Below are positions 22,205-24,928 of a stretch of 24,928 bases of DNA, one piece after another. Under the pieces are notes generated by a model. It saw nothing but the letters and a program-made list of their open reading frames with translations, had not been told where the DNA came from and did not search any database. A program made the translations under genes and the position numbers. The stretch comes from a virus. The stretch covers positions 1 to 24,928 of the IMG/VR virus record IMGVR_UViG_3300005663_001084. One strand, written 5' to 3'. Within the stretch, counting starts at the first letter, position 1. Every line of letters starts with the position of its first letter.

Positions 22205-22756
22205 TCAGTCCGTATCCTCACGCAGCTTGCGTATGGCGTGGACGGGGAGCTTGCCCTTGTGAACCCAGACCCGCCATTCGTCTCGATCCAGTCGGAAAGA
22301 TTTCAGAGCCTGCACGAGGCCGATGTCCACAACCATCTCGTCGACAGGATCGACCGCGTACCGACTCGCAGCTTTTTGCGCGAGAGTGATAGTGATCGCA
22401 TGAACATACAAGGTCCCCCACAACCTACCACGCCGGGGGCCGCGCGAACGGTTCAAGCGTACCCAGCCGCTCGCAATCACACGGTCGATCAGGAACGGGT
22501 TGTACGATCCTGGAAGATGCTGCTCCTCTCGTGGCCGACCCCTCTTCTGCGGATCAGCCTTTGGATGAGCATCGAATTCTTCGACCTGGGCGGCGGTCAG
22601 CCCAAACCGCTCTGGCTGTTCGCGGATGATCTTGGTGTGTTCCGGCCTCGGTTCTCCAGGTGGGCACACCTCGACGCCGCTGCCCGGATGGTACCAACCG
22701 AGCGTCCCGGAAATCTCGGGCGGCGCGTCACAAAGGGTTTGGCGGATAGCGTTCAC
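22205..22756 (-). CDS. Hypothetical protein of 183 aa.
   Basis: GTG start at 22756 overlaps the upstream stop as GTGA. Confidence 0.65.
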   Translation of the reverse strand: MNAIRQTLCDAPPEISGTLGWYHPGSGVEVCPPGEPRPEHTKIIREQPERFGLTAAQVEEFDAHPKADPQKRGRPREEQHLPGSYNPFLIDRVIASGWVRLNRSRGPRRGRLWGTLYVHAITITLAQKAASRYAVDPVDEMVVDIGLVQALKSFRLDRDEWRVWVHKGKLPVHAIRKLREDTD

Positions 22757-22977
22757 CAGTCCACCCGGGTCAGCGTCTTCTTCAGATCAGACTGCCGGTA
22801 GACGTGGTCCTCGACGACACACCCCACGCAGACGAGCTTCTTCCGGCGTAGCCACATGCCGCGATCCCAGCACCAGATCTTTCCGTTGCACCCATACCGG
22901 CTGCACGGCACATTCTTGGGCTGGTACCCACAGATCCTAGATCGGCCTCTGCGTCTCGTGCGGAGCATACAAGTCAC
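22753..22977 (-). CDS. Cys-rich zinc-finger-like protein of 74 aa.
   Basis: GTG start at 22977 overlaps the upstream TGA as GTGA. An alternative ATG exists at 22968. Confidence 0.5.
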   Translation of the reverse strand: MTCMLRTRRRGRSRICGYQPKNVPCSRYGCNGKIWCWDRGMWLRRKKLVCVGCVVEDHVYRQSDLKKTLTRVDW

Positions 22978-23279
22978 TCTACCGTACCAATGAAGCCAAT
23001 GCCAGAAGGTTCCCTGACGGGATCGCGGGCACCCAGGCCCCGTGACACGCCGATTACGTTGGCTACTTCGAGACTCTCTGGGGTGCCCCGCCGTATGACG
23101 AGCCCGTCAAAGAAGTTGGACCTCGATACGTAGACCCGGTCCCCATCCTTGCCTCCCGGCTGAGTGTACCAAGAGCCGTCGAACTTGAACCGGCCTCCGT
23201 TCTTCAGGGTTCTCCAGCCGCTCCAGATTTCCCCTTCGCAGTAGCTGTCGTATTTAGAGACGGCCATCAGAGTCACCAC
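22974..23279 (-). CDS. Hypothetical protein of 101 aa.
   Basis: GTG start at 23279 (or 23276) overlaps the upstream TGA. Confidence 0.6.
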   Translation of the reverse strand: MVTLMAVSKYDSYCEGEIWSGWRTLKNGGRFKFDGSWYTQPGGKDGDRVYVSRSNFFDGLVIRRGTPESLEVANVIGVSRGLGARDPVREPSGIGFIGTVE

Positions 23280-23587
23280 GCAATGTCGATAGTTACGGTC
23301 ACCTTAACCAGGGCTGGGACCCAGAGATAGGTGACGCCTTCACCTGCCTTAAAAAATACAAACGCAGTCCGAGACTCATAATGCGCATTCCGTTCGTGCG
23401 CCGCCGGATTGAACGAGATATCCACCGTGTTCAGAAGCGTGAACATCCGGTAGGTGTGCGTACCGGGCATGACAGCGTGTACACCGACGTTGTCCGGAAA
23501 CTCCTTGATGTACTTCTTGATCGGGAGCCACGCCACAACGTTCTTGTCCCGGTCGTAGTAGCCGATCTCCTGGTCACTGAATTTCAT
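23273..23587 (-). CDS. Hypothetical protein of 104 aa.
   Basis: ATG at 23587 with GGGGT 7 nt upstream, 5 nt after the upstream TAA. Confidence 0.7.
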   Translation of the reverse strand: MKFSDQEIGYYDRDKNVVAWLPIKKYIKEFPDNVGVHAVMPGTHTYRMFTLLNTVDISFNPAAHERNAHYESRTAFVFFKAGEGVTYLWVPALVKVTVTIDIAW

Positions 23588-23592
23588 CTAGG

Positions 23593-23847
23593 TTACCCCG
23601 CGTCAAACATGACGTCGCCGTTCGGACTCATCCGTCGCGGTTTGACGGCCTCGAAGTCCCCGTCGAAATCGAGGAAATCAAACTTCGGTCGGAAGTCGCC
23701 GTCACCATCGGAGTAGATCGCCACCTCGCGACTGCTGCCGATGTTGCCCAGGTACTGCATGTGCTGAAGCATCGACAGGAAGTCCGGAACCCAGCGCCGA
23801 CGACAAGTCATCTTGATCGTCACAGTCACATCTTCAGGAGTGGGCAT
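23593..23847 (-). CDS. Hypothetical acidic protein of 84 aa (MPTPEDVTVTIK...).
   Basis: Internal ATG at 23847 of track ORF 23593..24210, TGATG-coupled. The R-rich N-terminal extension is rejected. Confidence 0.55.
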   Translation of the reverse strand: MPTPEDVTVTIKMTCRRRWVPDFLSMLQHMQYLGNIGSSREVAIYSDGDGDFRPKFDFLDFDGDFEAVKPRRMSPNGDVMFDAG

Positions 23848-24120
23848 CAGTCCCTCGCCTTCTTGATTAGTTTCAACAGCGCCTTGCACCAGCCCATCCA
23901 TTTGTCGAGACGTTCCTGGGCCTTCTCGATCTGCCACGGGCGGTTCACGTCCGCTGCCTTCGCGTTGTCGAGCCAGCCCTGAGACTTCGACACCATGCCA
24001 TGGACGTACCGCATCAGCCCGTCGATGTCGTTCTGCGTCTGCGGCTTCCCGCAGTCCGGACAGTAGAGCGTCGTGCGGACCCTGCCGCAGCACCGGTTCC
24101 TTGCGCGCTTGCGCACCATC
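23847..24120 (-). CDS. Zinc-ribbon protein of 90 aa (CC...CPDC).
   Basis: ATG at 24120 with AGGAGG 13 nt upstream. Confidence 0.5.
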
Positions 24121-24203
24121 AGACTCGACCCGCCTCCTTGCAACCCTGGCAGTACGCCTTGCGTCGCTTCCAATCGACGGACCAACCTTTACGCTGGGCC
24201 AGC

Positions 24204-24928
<725 letters not shown>

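Overview
The window is a GC-rich (~60-65%), gene-dense, almost entirely minus-strand region that looks like part of a bacteriophage or prophage genome. It has no recognisable capsid, tail, terminase or integrase genes. Instead it carries many small hypothetical proteins and a scatter of metabolic and accessory enzymes. These are a nucleoside-hydrolase-like domain, a WbqC-like protein, a pyruvoyl-type AdoMetDC-family decarboxylase, a Nudix hydrolase, a TrpF/PRAI-like TIM barrel, a GNAT acetyltransferase, a GHKL ATPase, a PD-(D/E)xK nuclease fold and a partial GDP-mannose 4,6-dehydratase. About 60 minus-strand genes are packed with ATGA / GTGA / TGATG start-stop overlaps. Only two genes lie on the plus strand (7052..7703).

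Three things stand out.

- A ~35-bp promoter-like element occurs eight times, always oriented for minus-strand transcription. Its form is TTGNCN-(A)AATAGCC-N-CCCAATCC-GATAAYAYAGG, and it often places an ATG 6-7 nt after the -10 box, which implies leaderless mRNAs. Conventional TTGACA-type promoters are also present. Leaderless mRNAs plus high GC suggest an actinobacterial host.

- A giant continuous minus-strand ORF of more than 870 codons (1..2618) runs off the left edge and is absent from the ORF track because its stop lies outside the window. Its C-terminus is a well-conserved IU-nucleoside-hydrolase fold in which all four aspartates of the DXDXXXDD calcium and catalytic motif are replaced by Ala, Leu or Val.

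- Several candidate functional modules sit in the window: a Nudix / PRAI-like / 208-aa / 71-aa operon, a GHKL-ATPase + HExxH protein translationally coupled to a lower-GC 684-aa protein, and an opposite-strand AdoMetDC-family island.

Most long plus-strand ORFs in the provided track are antisense artefacts of GC-rich minus-strand genes.
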